The translations under genes and the position numbers were made by a program. From Candidatus Krumholzibacteriia bacterium (GTDB lineage Bacteria > Krumholzibacteriota > Krumholzibacteriia > WVZY01), in contig JAZGDW010000031.1 of NCBI GenBank assembly GCA_036478295.1, positions 1 to 18,372 on the forward strand: a stretch of DNA of 18,372 nucleotides, in the 5' to 3' direction. Shown in pieces: positions 1 to 9,446 of the stretch (position 1 is the stretch's first letter; each line of letters starts with the position of its first letter). Below the pieces are notes generated by a model. That model had not been told where the DNA came from and ran no database searches. It worked only from the letters and a program-made list of their open reading frames with translations.

Positions 1-1668
1 TGCGCTCACTGCTCCCACGACATCGTAAGCGATTCCCTGCTCCTTGAGGAATGCCTCCGTCCGGTTCTGAAAGAACTCCGCCAGGCGCTCCGTCACCTCG
101 CCGTCCGCTCCCCGGTTGAGCCCCTGATTCTCGAAGGCGGCGATTGTCACCTCGAGCAGCGACTGAATGGAGATCTCCGGTTTGTCCTCGAGGATGCGGA
201 TCAGTCCATTGGCCAGGCGCCGCAACGCGTAGGGGTCCTGTGAGCCGCTCGGCGTGAGACCCGCCAGAAAGCAGCCCGCGATGGTGTCTATCCGGTCCGC
301 GATACCCAGCAGCGCACCCAGGGGAGTGGCGGGCAGCGGGTCCGAGGGGTTACGCGGCCTGTAGTGTTGCCGGAACGCTGTAACGATCTCACCCGGCTCG
401 CCGGCTTCGCGTGCGTAGTGGCTGCCGATAATCCCCTGCAGGAGTGTAAACTCCTTGCCGTCTTTAATCATCTCGCTGGCAAGGTCCGCTTTGGCCAGGC
501 GCGCGGCGCGGACGATAGTCGCCTCAGGCACTTCTAACGCCCCGGACTTTCCAAGGTGGAGACCGATCGTTTCCAGGCGTGCCGCCTTGTCCGCCAGCGT
601 GCCCAGCCCCTCGACAAAAACGATGGAACGCAGCTTGTCGGCCAGACCCTGGATTCCCGTCTTCACGTCTTCCTGCCAGTAGAAGAGCGCGTCTTCCAGG
701 CGTGCCTTCAGCACTTTCTCGTTTCCCTTCCGCACCTCGGCGGGCGAGCCGACTTTGCCCTCCGTAAAGGTGATGAACTTCGCAACCAGGCGGTTGCGCT
801 TTCCTCGAAGCGCGAGGTAGCGCTGGTGCCCCTTCATCGCCGTGGTGACCACCTCCGGCGGCAACTTGAGATACTTCTCGTCGAACGCTCCCAGCAGATG
901 TCTGGGGTCCTCGAGCATGAACGTGAGCTCGCCGCACAGCGACCGGTCTTCGACCAGTGTCAGGCCGGCGCGCGCCGCCGCCTGCTGCGCCAGCCTCTGG
1001 ATCTTGTGGAAGCGTTCGTCGTGATCGAGCACGACGCCGGCCTTCGAGAGCTGCGACAGGTAATGATCCGCACCGCGCACCTTGATGCGATCGCGGCGGA
1101 TCCACGGAATCGTGTACGTGACGTTGCCGGCAACGACACCGGCGATCTTGAACCGTACGACTTTTTCTTCTAGCAACGCGACGATCCAGCGGATGGGCCT
1201 GGCGAAACTCATGCCGGTGCTTTCCCAGCGCATGACCTTGGGAAACTTGAGGTCCGAGATGAGACCCGGCAGGATTTCTCTGAGCAGAACCGATGCCCGC
1301 TGTGATCTCAGCCGGCGCGTAACCCCGACGTATTCGCCTCGATCGGTGGGGATGCACCGTAGGTCTTTGACCGCCACCCCGTGCGAGCGGGCAAAACCGA
1401 GCGCGGCGGGCGTGGGATCACCATTGCCGTCGAACGCCCTCGAGGCGGGGGGGCCGGTGACGGTCTCCGTCTTACTCGTTTGCGTTGCGGCCAGGCCGCG
1501 GACGATGAGCACCAGGCGGCGTGGACCCCCGGTCGTGTAAATCTCTTCGTACGGCAGGCGGTGCTCGGCGAGCCGCCCGGCGGCCAGCTTCGCCAGTTGG
1601 TCAAAGGCGGGCTTTATGCAAGCCGGTGGCAGGTTCTCACAACCGATCTCAAGCAGCAGATCGCTCAT
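1..1668 (-). CDS. glyS: Glycine--tRNA ligase beta subunit (partial; continues past the left edge)
   Basis: Translated by hand from the ATG at 1668, which overlaps the glyQ stop (ATGA). N-terminus is [15 protein letters not shown]...GPRRL. Internal segments FPKVMRW...[16 protein letters not shown]...[10 protein letters not shown] and [10 protein letters not shown] are all in the same frame, which is still open at position 1 (...[14 protein letters not shown]). Confidence 0.97.
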   Translation of the reverse strand, partial: MSDLLLEIGCENLPPACIKPAFDQLAKLAAGRLAEHRLPYEEIYTTGGPRRLVLIVRGLAATQTSKTETVTGPPASRAFDGNGDPTPAALGFARSHGVAVKDLRCIPTDRGEYVGVTRRLRSQRASVLLREILPGLISDLKFPKVMRWESTGMSFARPIRWIVALLEEKVVRFKIAGVVAGNVTYTIPWIRRDRIKVRGADHYLSQLSKAGVVLDHDERFHKIQRLAQQAAARAGLTLVEDRSLCGELTFMLEDPRHLLGAFDEKYLKLPPEVVTTAMKGHQRYLALRGKRNRLVAKFITFTEGKVGSPAEVRKGNEKVLKARLEDALFYWQEDVKTGIQGLADKLRSIVFVEGLGTLADKAARLETIGLHLGKSGALEVPEATIVRAARLAKADLASEMIKDGKEFTLLQGIIGSHYAREAGEPGEIVTAFRQHYRPRNPSDPLPATPLGALLGIADRIDTIAGCFLAGLTPSGSQDPYALRRLANGLIRILEDKPEISIQSLLEVTIAAFENQGLNRGADGEVTERLAEFFQNRTEAFLKEQGIAYDVVGAVSA

Positions 1669-2570
1669 GCGCGCTTGGCTCCCTTCAACAGGGGGAACCC
1701 CAGCCCCTTCCGCGCCTCGATCTGTTTCAGCGCGACCTTGCGTGCCAGGACCCGGATCCTGCCGATGTAACCGGTGCGCTCGGTAACGCTGATGGCGCCG
1801 CGTGCATCCAGCAGGTTGAAGACGTGCGACAGCTTGACTACGTAGTCGTACGCGGGGAGCACGAGGCTCCTCTCCAGCATTGCGGCCGCCTCACGCTCGT
1901 AATCCTGAAACAGCTCGAAATAGAAACGGGTGTTCGCACTCTCGAAGTGAAAAACCGAAAACTCTTTTTCCGCCTGCAGGTTGATTTCCGCCCAGGTCAC
2001 CCCGTCCCCCCAGTGGATGTCCATTACCGAGTCGACGTTCTGCAAGTAGAGACAGATCCGGAGGAGGCCGTACGTCAGCTCAACCGATACCGGATCGAGT
2101 TCAAGTGATCCCGCCTGCTGGAAATAGGTGAACTGCGTGATCTCCATGCCATCGAGCCACACCTCCCACCCCAACCCCGACGCGCCCAGGGTGGGCGCTT
2201 CCCAATCGTCCTCGACCAGGCGGACGTCGTGTTTTTGAGGATCGATGCCGAGAAAACGCAGGCTGTCGATATAGATTTTGACGATGTCGTCCGGCGGCGG
2301 CTTGAGAATGACCTGGTACTGAAGGAACTGTTGTACCCGGTTCGGGTTGTCCCCGTATCTTCCATCCTTGGGCCGTTTCGAGGGCTCCACGTAGCCGACC
2401 CGCCAGGGCTCAGGCCCAAGGACGCGCAGGAAAGTCGCTGGGTTGAGCGTCCCTGCCCCCACCTCCGAGTTGTACGGCTGGAGAATAACGCACCCCTGCC
2501 CCATCCAGAAGGTCTGGAGCTTCGCGATGATCTCCTGGTAGCTCGGTTTCTTGCCCGTTTTTCTTGCCAA
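1665..2570 (-). CDS. glyQ: Glycine--tRNA ligase alpha subunit
   Basis: Motifs [62 protein letters not shown]. The ORF track starts at 2606. TTG at 2570 is preferred because an SD-like AGGGGTGA lies 7 nt upstream. Confidence 0.97.
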   Translation of the reverse strand: MARKTGKKPSYQEIIAKLQTFWMGQGCVILQPYNSEVGAGTLNPATFLRVLGPEPWRVGYVEPSKRPKDGRYGDNPNRVQQFLQYQVILKPPPDDIVKIYIDSLRFLGIDPQKHDVRLVEDDWEAPTLGASGLGWEVWLDGMEITQFTYFQQAGSLELDPVSVELTYGLLRICLYLQNVDSVMDIHWGDGVTWAEINLQAEKEFSVFHFESANTRFYFELFQDYEREAAAMLERSLVLPAYDYVVKLSHVFNLLDARGAISVTERTGYIGRIRVLARKVALKQIEARKGLGFPLLKGAKRA

Positions 2571-2635
2571 TTGGATTTCACCCCTAACGGCTCGTGCGCG
2601 CAACACGCGCCGCCACCGACCGCTCTATCGTCGCG

Positions 2636-3373
2636 CTAACCTTTCGGGATCAGCTTGAGTGCTTCGGGTAGGCCGTAACCCTGAACGTGAAAAGTATACG
2701 TCCAGTGAAGTATCTTGCCCAAGTTCTTTCTCGTGTCGGCGTCGACCTCGAGGCCAGCCAGCGAAGCGAGTGGTTGATTTGCGACCGTATCGAGCAGGGA
2801 GACCACACCTCCCGGGAGCGGCACGCGATGCGGCTCGGCATGGCTGTGCGCCGTGCAGGTGCTGGACCCCTGGGCCGGGTGGTAGAAACCTGAGGCGAGG
2901 TTCGCGCCGCACTCGGAACACTCGAAGAAATTGGGCAACAGCCCGAGTATTTCCAGGAGCCTGAATTCGAAGCCGATAAAGAGCAGAAGCGGATCGCGCA
3001 CCGGGTCACACCTCCGGTACTCGGTGAAGAGATCGACCACCCGCTCCTCCGGGCTGGCCCAGTAGCACACCTGGGCGATCAGTTCGAGTGGGGCCAGTGC
3101 CGCGGCGGTGGAGACCAAGTCCTGCCCCGGCGTCGCGGCAAGAACGGTGTGAGCCTCCTTGAGAAAATAGAGGGTTCGCCCTTCCTTGTGATAGTAGACC
3201 ACCTCGATGAGGTTGCCCGTCTGTAGTGCGGCCCTCAGGCCGCTCCGGGAACCCAGCGCCCCTTTACCCAGCAGCTTGATCTTGCCCAAGCGGCGGCCAA
3301 AGAAGGTGATGACCTTGCTCGTCTCACCGCTGCGGGCGCCCCCCAGTACAACGCCTTCGTCTTTTTGTATCAT
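2636..3373 (-). CDS. recO: DNA repair protein RecO
   Basis: OB-fold N-terminus (EGVVL...GETSKVITFF...GKIKLLGKGA), FEFRLLEILGLLP, Zn-finger-like CSEC...CTAH, and the conserved position upstream of glyQS. Confidence 0.92.
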   Translation of the reverse strand: MIQKDEGVVLGGARSGETSKVITFFGRRLGKIKLLGKGALGSRSGLRAALQTGNLIEVVYYHKEGRTLYFLKEAHTVLAATPGQDLVSTAAALAPLELIAQVCYWASPEERVVDLFTEYRRCDPVRDPLLLFIGFEFRLLEILGLLPNFFECSECGANLASGFYHPAQGSSTCTAHSHAEPHRVPLPGGVVSLLDTVANQPLASLAGLEVDADTRKNLGKILHWTYTFHVQGYGLPEALKLIPKG

Positions 3374-3382
3374 TGGCGGACG

Positions 3383-4738
3383 TCATGACCTGATGTTCGA
3401 CACGTAATAAGTGACGTAGCTCATGTAGATAAGAAGACCGATAATGTCGCTCAGAACCGTTATGAAAGGCCCCGCCGCTATCACCGGGTCGACCTTGAGC
3501 CGGCTGAGGACCAGCGGGATGGCCGCACCCATGAACCCGGCGACGATGGTAACGCTCATCAGGACTATCCACATGAAGAGACCGAGGGTGATTTCGTGTC
3601 TCCACACACTGACCGCCACGAACAGGATCAGCCCCAGAATCATCCCGTTCAGGAGCGTTACTTGAAGCTCGCGAAACACCCTGCGGCCGATGTGCGCGTC
3701 GGACCGCTGGCCGACTGCCAGCTCCCTCACCACGACCACGGCGGACTGGATGCCCGTGCTTCCCGCGGTCCCGATTACCAGGGGAATGAAAAAGACCAGC
3801 GCGACGAATTCCTGGATGGACAACGAATAGTGACTCATGATGAGCGCGTTGAGCAGCTGTCCCAGTAGCGCGATGATCAACCACGGCAAGCGTGCGCGCG
3901 ACACCTTGAGCGGAGAGGTCTCCCCGATTTCGTCTTCCACAGTGCCGGCGATCATCGCGATGTCCTCGGAGGCTTCCTCCTCGAGAACGTCGATGATGTC
4001 GTCTACGGTGATGCGGCCGACCAGTTTGCCGGACGAATCGACAACCGGCAGTGTAAACTCGTCGTACTTCCCGAACAACGCCGCGACCTGTTCCTGGTCC
4101 ATATCGACGGGGACGCTGATCACGTTGTCGTCCATGAGGTCAACGATCTTCTCCGAGGAATCGTGGAGCAGGAGATCCAGGACCGGTATGGTCCCAACGA
4201 GCTCACCCTCGCCGTTCACTACGTAGACGTTTTGCAGGTTCTCGATCTGGTCGGCCAGCTGCCTGACCAGCTCGATGGCCTCGCGAACCGTAGCGACCTC
4301 CTGCACCGCGACCGTTTCCACCTCCATGATACCGCCGGCGGTGTCTTCATCGAACTCGAGTAGTTCATGGAATTTTTCGCGCTCGCCGCTGGGCAGCAGC
4401 GCGTCGATCTGTCTGGACTTCTCCGGGGGAAGCTGCGAAATGATATCCACGACATCGTCGGATTGCATCTCACCGAGCAGCGAAACCACTTCGGTGTCAC
4501 TCAACAGCTGCAGCAGCGCCTGCCCCGACCGCTCGTCGACCGCAGCAAGGACCTCCGCCGCCGTCTCATTGTCCAGGTGTTTGAGCAGCCGCACTTTCTG
4601 TTCATTTTCCAACTCGCCAAGCAGCTCGGCGATATCCGCAGGGTGCAGCCCTGCCAGCACTTTCCGCATAGCGGTGGAGTCGTCGCCGGCCAGCAGGTCC
4701 CGGATGTGGAGCAGGATTTCTGCGGTTGAATCACTCAT
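3383..4738 (-). CDS. mgtE: Magnesium transporter MgtE
   Basis: N-domain LHPADIAELL, TAGGIM, a CBS pair (LPVVDSSGKLVGRITVDDIID), RARLPWL and five TM helices ending DPVIAAGPFITVLSD. ATG 4738 gives 451 aa, a typical MgtE length. The ORF-track start at 4774 falls inside the promoter. Confidence 0.95.
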   Translation of the reverse strand: MSDSTAEILLHIRDLLAGDDSTAMRKVLAGLHPADIAELLGELENEQKVRLLKHLDNETAAEVLAAVDERSGQALLQLLSDTEVVSLLGEMQSDDVVDIISQLPPEKSRQIDALLPSGEREKFHELLEFDEDTAGGIMEVETVAVQEVATVREAIELVRQLADQIENLQNVYVVNGEGELVGTIPVLDLLLHDSSEKIVDLMDDNVISVPVDMDQEQVAALFGKYDEFTLPVVDSSGKLVGRITVDDIIDVLEEEASEDIAMIAGTVEDEIGETSPLKVSRARLPWLIIALLGQLLNALIMSHYSLSIQEFVALVFFIPLVIGTAGSTGIQSAVVVVRELAVGQRSDAHIGRRVFRELQVTLLNGMILGLILFVAVSVWRHEITLGLFMWIVLMSVTIVAGFMGAAIPLVLSRLKVDPVIAAGPFITVLSDIIGLLIYMSYVTYYVSNIRS

Positions 4739-4745
4739 AGCAGGC

Positions 4746-4774
4746 ATCCTAGAAGCAACCGGATGACTTGACAA
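4746..4774 (-). promoter_or_regulatory. Internal sigma70-like promoter for mgtE-recO-glyQS
   Basis: Minus strand TTGTCA (4769-4774), 17 bp, TAGGAT (4746-4751), in the DUF502-mgtE gap. Confidence 0.6.
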
Positions 4775-4794
4775 GGGATTTTGAGAAAAGGAGA

Positions 4795-5409
4795 TCAGGT
4801 CGTCTTGTGGCCCGGAAAACTCTCGAGTACCGAGGGGGAGAAGGCGCCGCCGGAGATGACCATCTTCATCGCCTCCTCGACCGAAATGTCGACGGAGAAG
4901 ATGGCGCGTTTGGGAATCATCAGCATGAAGCCCGACGTCGGATTGGGAGTGGTCGGAACGAAGACATTGACCATTTCCTCCCCGACCAGGCTGTCGAAGT
5001 AGTCGACGCCTGCCCGCGTAACGAAGGCCAGCGCGTACGAGTTCTCGTGCGGGTAGTGGATGAGGACCACACGCTGAAAGGCGGTCTTCCGATCGGCGAG
5101 CAGCGCCTGGCTGATTTCCTTGAGCGCAAAATAGATGCGGCGGATCAGCGGCAGGCCGTTGAGGATGCGATCGCCCATTTCCAACAAGCGGCGGCCGATC
5201 AGGTTGCTGGCCAGGATACCGCTGAACAGGATAAAGAGCAGGACGATGACAAATCCGATTCCGGGAATATCGATCAGGGGAAAGCGCTTCTGCAGCGGCT
5301 CGATGACGCTGTCGATGCTGACGAAGCTCTTCCAGACGATGTAACCGGTGATCACGATCGGGGCGAGAACCAGAAGTCCCGTCAAGAACTGGCGTCTGAG
5401 ATAACGCAC
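4795..5409 (-). CDS. DUF502 family membrane protein
   Basis: FLTGLLVLAPIVIT, PLIRRIY, FQRVVLIHYP and the signature VFVPTTPNPTSGF...SVEEAMKMVISGG. GTG start with AGGAGG 6 nt upstream. Confidence 0.9.
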   Translation of the reverse strand: MRYLRRQFLTGLLVLAPIVITGYIVWKSFVSIDSVIEPLQKRFPLIDIPGIGFVIVLLFILFSGILASNLIGRRLLEMGDRILNGLPLIRRIYFALKEISQALLADRKTAFQRVVLIHYPHENSYALAFVTRAGVDYFDSLVGEEMVNVFVPTTPNPTSGFMLMIPKRAIFSVDISVEEAMKMVISGGAFSPSVLESFPGHKTT

Positions 5410-5434
5410 GTTCGGCCTCCTATGACCTTGTCGC

Positions 5435-6691
5435 CTACCCGGTGTTGTCCCGCACCCGCCCCTGCGGCTGACTCAATCCCTTGATCAGGACCTTGTCTAT
5501 CCTCTGCCCGACAACGGAATGAACGCGGAAATCGAGTTCGCCGCGCGTAAAAACCTCTCCCACCCGCGGTACCCGTCCTACCATCTCGTACAGGAATCCG
5601 CCGAGAGTGTCAACGTCGCGCTCCGGCAGCTCGAGCCCCAGCGCTTCGTTCAGATCATCCAGGCGGACGCGCGAGCTGCACAGCGCCGCGTCCTCGCCCT
5701 GGCGTTGAATCAACTCTTCTTCCGCATCGAACTCGTCCTGGATATCCCCCACCAGCTCCTCCAGAACGTCTTCAAGCGTGATGAGGCCCGCTGTGCCTCC
5801 ATACTCGTCCACCACGATGGCGAGGTGTATCTTTCGTTTCTTGAACTCGGAGAGAAGTTCGTCGATCATCTTGGTTTCCGGGACAAAATACACCTCGCGC
5901 ATGATGTCGTCCAAAGATACCTCTTCAACGTTCAGCGTCTTTCCCAGCAGGTCCTTGCTATGGATGACACCGACGATCTTGTCGATGCTCTCGTCGAAGA
6001 CGGGCACGCGCGAGTGACCCCCCTCGACAATGACGTCCAGTATCTCGGAGAAACCGGTGCGTTTGTTTACCGCGATCATGTCGATACGGGGAATCATCAC
6101 TTCGCGCACCCTGGTGTCGCCGAATTCGAAGACACTGGACATGAGCTTCTGTTCGTCCGTGTCCTCCTGGCCGTTGTAGCCGGACAGCTCGATGCGCCGT
6201 TTGAATGGCAGCACGGGAAAAGCTAGCGTGTCCAGCACCCTCGGCGCTATCCGCTTGAGCACCGCCATGAAAAGGTATACCAGGGGCCTGAGGATGTAGA
6301 TCACCGGATAGGTGACGAAGCGGCAAATCTCCACAAACTTCTCAGGCGAGCGCACGGCTATCATGTTGGCTCCCAGGAGCGGAACAAACACCGCCCCCAA
6401 CATGACCAGGACCCCTCCACCGGCGATGGCACCGCCGGACATGCCGGCCCCGGCGAGGCGATACGATGCGACAAGCACCAGCCCGAGGGCAAGCGCCCTT
6501 CCAAGCGCCAGAGAAAAGTAGTTGGAAACAGAATTCTCGAAGAGTCGGTCGAGGAAATGGTGTGTGGTGTTACCGTCGCCGTTCTTTTCCGCTCGTGCGT
6601 AGCAAAGCAGCTGCATGGCCGCATACGTTCCCGCCACGGTTCCCAAAACGACGATGGAAAGCAAGAGCAATATTACATCAGGTTGCATCAT
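5435..6691 (-). CDS. Hemolysin/CorC (CNNM/CorB-like) family protein: divergent TM domain + CBS pair + CorC_HlyC domain
   Basis: FEFGDTRVREVMIPRIDM, GHSRVPVF, FVPETKMIDELL, HLAIVVDEYGGTAGLITLEDVLEELVGDIQDEFD, DTLGGF. Start uncertain: ATG 6691 or 6688 (ORF track 6730). Confidence 0.9.
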   Translation of the reverse strand: MMQPDVILLLLSIVVLGTVAGTYAAMQLLCYARAEKNGDGNTTHHFLDRLFENSVSNYFSLALGRALALGLVLVASYRLAGAGMSGGAIAGGGVLVMLGAVFVPLLGANMIAVRSPEKFVEICRFVTYPVIYILRPLVYLFMAVLKRIAPRVLDTLAFPVLPFKRRIELSGYNGQEDTDEQKLMSSVFEFGDTRVREVMIPRIDMIAVNKRTGFSEILDVIVEGGHSRVPVFDESIDKIVGVIHSKDLLGKTLNVEEVSLDDIMREVYFVPETKMIDELLSEFKKRKIHLAIVVDEYGGTAGLITLEDVLEELVGDIQDEFDAEEELIQRQGEDAALCSSRVRLDDLNEALGLELPERDVDTLGGFLYEMVGRVPRVGEVFTRGELDFRVHSVVGQRIDKVLIKGLSQPQGRVRDNTG

Positions 6692-6713
6692 AGCACGAAC
6701 CGACTCGAGAGAC

Positions 6714-7196
6714 TCAAAACAGCTCTTCAACCTTTTCCGGAGCGAGATGCGCGAGAAGAATCTTGCGCTCTTCTCCCTCCATTATCTCAGCCTCCGAATC
6801 GGTCCCGTGGTCGTAACCCAGGACGTGCAGCAGACCATGTACACCGATGCGCAGAAAGAGATTCTCGAATTCGATCCCCTGTGCTTTCGCCTCCTCTTGA
6901 AGGGTTTCGCAGGAAATATATATCTCGCCGGCGAGATTGTCACGCGAACGGGATGGGTCCGCTAACAGCTCCGTCCCGGCGTCTTCGAGGTACGAAAATG
7001 AAATCACGTCCGTCGCCCGATCGCTCCCACGGTAGTCGCGGTTGATCTTGCGGATGAATGCATCGTCGGTAAGAATGACATCCACGCCCGCGTCCGGCGG
7101 ACCGAGGACGGTGGCGATTCGCTGCAGCGTATCCCACGTGCCGGGTCGCGTCCAGGCCGCTTCACTTGCTTGCGACCGGTTTAATGACAGCTTCAC
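6714..7196 (-). CDS. ybeY: rRNA maturation endoribonuclease YbeY
   Basis: INRDYRGSDRATDVISF, GEIYIS and the zinc motif HGLLHVLGYDH. Overlaps the upstream HD gene by 35 nt. Confidence 0.95.
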   Translation of the reverse strand: MKLSLNRSQASEAAWTRPGTWDTLQRIATVLGPPDAGVDVILTDDAFIRKINRDYRGSDRATDVISFSYLEDAGTELLADPSRSRDNLAGEIYISCETLQEEAKAQGIEFENLFLRIGVHGLLHVLGYDHGTDSEAEIMEGEERKILLAHLAPEKVEELF

Positions 7197-9441
7197 GCCC
7201 CTCGTCGTCCTCCTGTTCCTGGCCCGGGTAGGCGACGCGCTTATGGTAGATCCCGGTCAGTATCGAGGTAAATTTTTCTCTGATCGTTTTCAGGTCGTTC
7301 AGGGTGAGACCGCTGTGGTCCAGTTCGCCGTCCTGCGCACGGGTGGCAACCAGTTTCGCCACCATATTGCGGACGTGGGCCGGTGTCGGATCCTTGAGCG
7401 AACGGCAAGCGGGTTCCACCGTGTCGGCCAGCATGAGCACGGCCGCTTCCTTGCTCTTCGGCCGCGGACCGGGATAACGAAAGTCGTCCTTGTTCACGCT
7501 GGAGTGCGAGTCGGTCTCCAAAGCCTTCTGGTAGAAAAAGGCCATCACCGTGGTTCCATGATGCTGCTGGATCGCGCTTATGATCAGATCGGGCAGCTTT
7601 TCCTCACGGGCCAATTCCACCCCGTCCTTGACGTGCGACAGCAGGATGAGGCTGCTCATCTTGGGCGTAATCTTTTCGTGCTTGTTGAATCCCGTCTCCT
7701 GGTTTTCCACGTAGTATTCCGGCTTGAAAATTTTGCCGATATCGTGATAATACGCCATCACCCTCGCTTTCAGCGGATCGGCGCCCACATCAGCGGCCAC
7801 GGCGTCGACCAGATTCCCCAGGAGCATCGAGTGGTGATAGGTTCCCGGAGCCTCCATGTGCAGCCGCTTGAGAATCGGCTTGTTAAGGTCGGTCAGCTCC
7901 AAAAGCGTGAACCGCGTTGTGGCGTTGAAAACGCCTTCGAAAATCGGCAGCAGGAACATCGCGGCCAGGGTCGAGAAGAGCCCGTTCCCCAACGACCACA
8001 GGATCTTGGTGTACAGGTCGCTTATCTTCTGTAGCTGGCCGAGCTCGCTGGCCAACACACCGACGGTGTAGCCCGCGATCACCATCAGAAACACGGAGTA
8101 GAAATGGCTGCGGGACCGCATCTTCAGCAGACCCAGCACGGCCATGGAGCCGGCGAGAAGCGAGACAAAACTGAGTTGCGCGGGGAGGTTGGTCACTAGC
8201 GGAATCAGAAAGCATGAGAAAACCGTCGTGATCAGGCCCATGCGGCGGCCGAAGAGCGCCGTCATCATTATGGAAACGAAAGCAACCGGCACCAGGTACT
8301 GGCTGAGCGAGAAACGGACGACTACCGCCATGAACACCAGATAGATGAGCAGCACGCTGAGGACCGTGGCCAGTTTCATCATGTCCCGGTACACGGCACG
8401 GTGGAAGACAAAGATGTACAGGCCGAAGAGCGCGCCAAACGCCACCAACCTCAGTACCCCGGCCGCGTACAGGGCCAGAACCAGCAGCGGTGACCGGCTG
8501 GTTTCGCTGCTCGCCCGCGCCTCCTCCAGCGCCGCCAGCATTTTTTCTTGACCGACGGTGACTTTGTCGTGCTTGCCGATGATGCGCTGGTTCTTCGACA
8601 CGCGGATCGTCTTGGGCACCTCCTCCGCCGCTTCGTCGCGGCGCTTCTCCGTTTCCTCATCGTCCAGCGTCAGGTTGGGCAGGACGTGGCTGCGCACGAT
8701 TTCGTAAAACACTTGCGCCCGCGTACGGTTCTTTTGAAACCGGGAAAAACCCTCTCTTCGGATGACCTGGTCCACCTCCCCCTGGTCGACGAGATTCCTG
8801 ACCGGCATCAGCCCCTCGCCACCGTTGTCGAGCACGGTAATCGAGTTCACACTCCGCCGCCGCAGGGGTCCGGCGTTATCCAGCAGGCCTGCCTTGAAAA
8901 TTTTTTGCTGGCTGTCGACGGTGGCTTTGAGAAGCTGCTCGAACGCCGTAGTGTTGACGATCTCACGCACCATCTTCGCCGATAGATACGGCATCAGATC
9001 ACCGGTTATCGTCAACTTGGCTTCTCTAGTCAGGTTATCCGCCTTGATAATCGTCGCGAGACTGTCCAGCGTCATCCGCAGGCGCTCCGCCAGGTCTCGT
9101 TCGACGGTATTGTCCTTGACGTAGACCGGTGGCACTTTCGTCGTCGCGTCGGCGCGCTCTAGCCTGAGCTCGTCGGCGGACCTGCGGACCTCGAAGTCGA
9201 AAGGAGCGATGATGTTGCGGTCGGCGATCTCACCGGCCTTGAAAATGACGTCCTGGCTCCGTTTCGTCGGCGGAAACACGAGAATCGTGGCCACCACGAA
9301 CACCAGTAGCAGCCCCGCACGAGGCGAGAGACTTCTGTAGATGTCTCGCCGCAGACGCAAATGTCTCGTGAACTTCAACGCCCGCTGGGTGCGCGAGTGG
9401 TTTTTTTTCCGACGAAATATCTTCCCGGGTATCATCCGCAT
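7162..9441 (-). CDS. 7TM-HD family membrane phosphohydrolase (PgpH/YqfF-like, candidate c-di-AMP phosphodiesterase)
   Basis: N-terminal TM, large extracytoplasmic domain (GEIADRNIIAPFDF), about 7 TM helices, then HD domain APGTYHHS...YYHDIGK..KPEYYVENQ...HVKDG...QHHGT...FRYPGPRP...MLAD. Lies between phoH and ybeY, as yqfF does in Bacillus. Confidence 0.9.
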   Translation of the reverse strand: MRMIPGKIFRRKKNHSRTQRALKFTRHLRLRRDIYRSLSPRAGLLLVFVVATILVFPPTKRSQDVIFKAGEIADRNIIAPFDFEVRRSADELRLERADATTKVPPVYVKDNTVERDLAERLRMTLDSLATIIKADNLTREAKLTITGDLMPYLSAKMVREIVNTTAFEQLLKATVDSQQKIFKAGLLDNAGPLRRRSVNSITVLDNGGEGLMPVRNLVDQGEVDQVIRREGFSRFQKNRTRAQVFYEIVRSHVLPNLTLDDEETEKRRDEAAEEVPKTIRVSKNQRIIGKHDKVTVGQEKMLAALEEARASSETSRSPLLVLALYAAGVLRLVAFGALFGLYIFVFHRAVYRDMMKLATVLSVLLIYLVFMAVVVRFSLSQYLVPVAFVSIMMTALFGRRMGLITTVFSCFLIPLVTNLPAQLSFVSLLAGSMAVLGLLKMRSRSHFYSVFLMVIAGYTVGVLASELGQLQKISDLYTKILWSLGNGLFSTLAAMFLLPIFEGVFNATTRFTLLELTDLNKPILKRLHMEAPGTYHHSMLLGNLVDAVAADVGADPLKARVMAYYHDIGKIFKPEYYVENQETGFNKHEKITPKMSSLILLSHVKDGVELAREEKLPDLIISAIQQHHGTTVMAFFYQKALETDSHSSVNKDDFRYPGPRPKSKEAAVLMLADTVEPACRSLKDPTPAHVRNMVAKLVATRAQDGELDHSGLTLNDLKTIREKFTSILTGIYHKRVAYPGQEQEDDEGREAVIKPVASK

Positions 9442-9446
9442 GCCGT

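Noticed and set aside
524..1357. 277-aa minus-strand ORF that might suggest a broken or frameshifted glyS
   Set aside because: It is an Arg-rich alternative frame. GlyS motifs at the start, middle and end are all in one frame from 1668 to 1.
2571..2635. T-box riboswitch before glyQS (and likewise before hisS-aspS)
   Set aside because: The gap is only 65 nt (15 nt for hisS), with no T-box sequence or terminator. Only a small GC hairpin is present.
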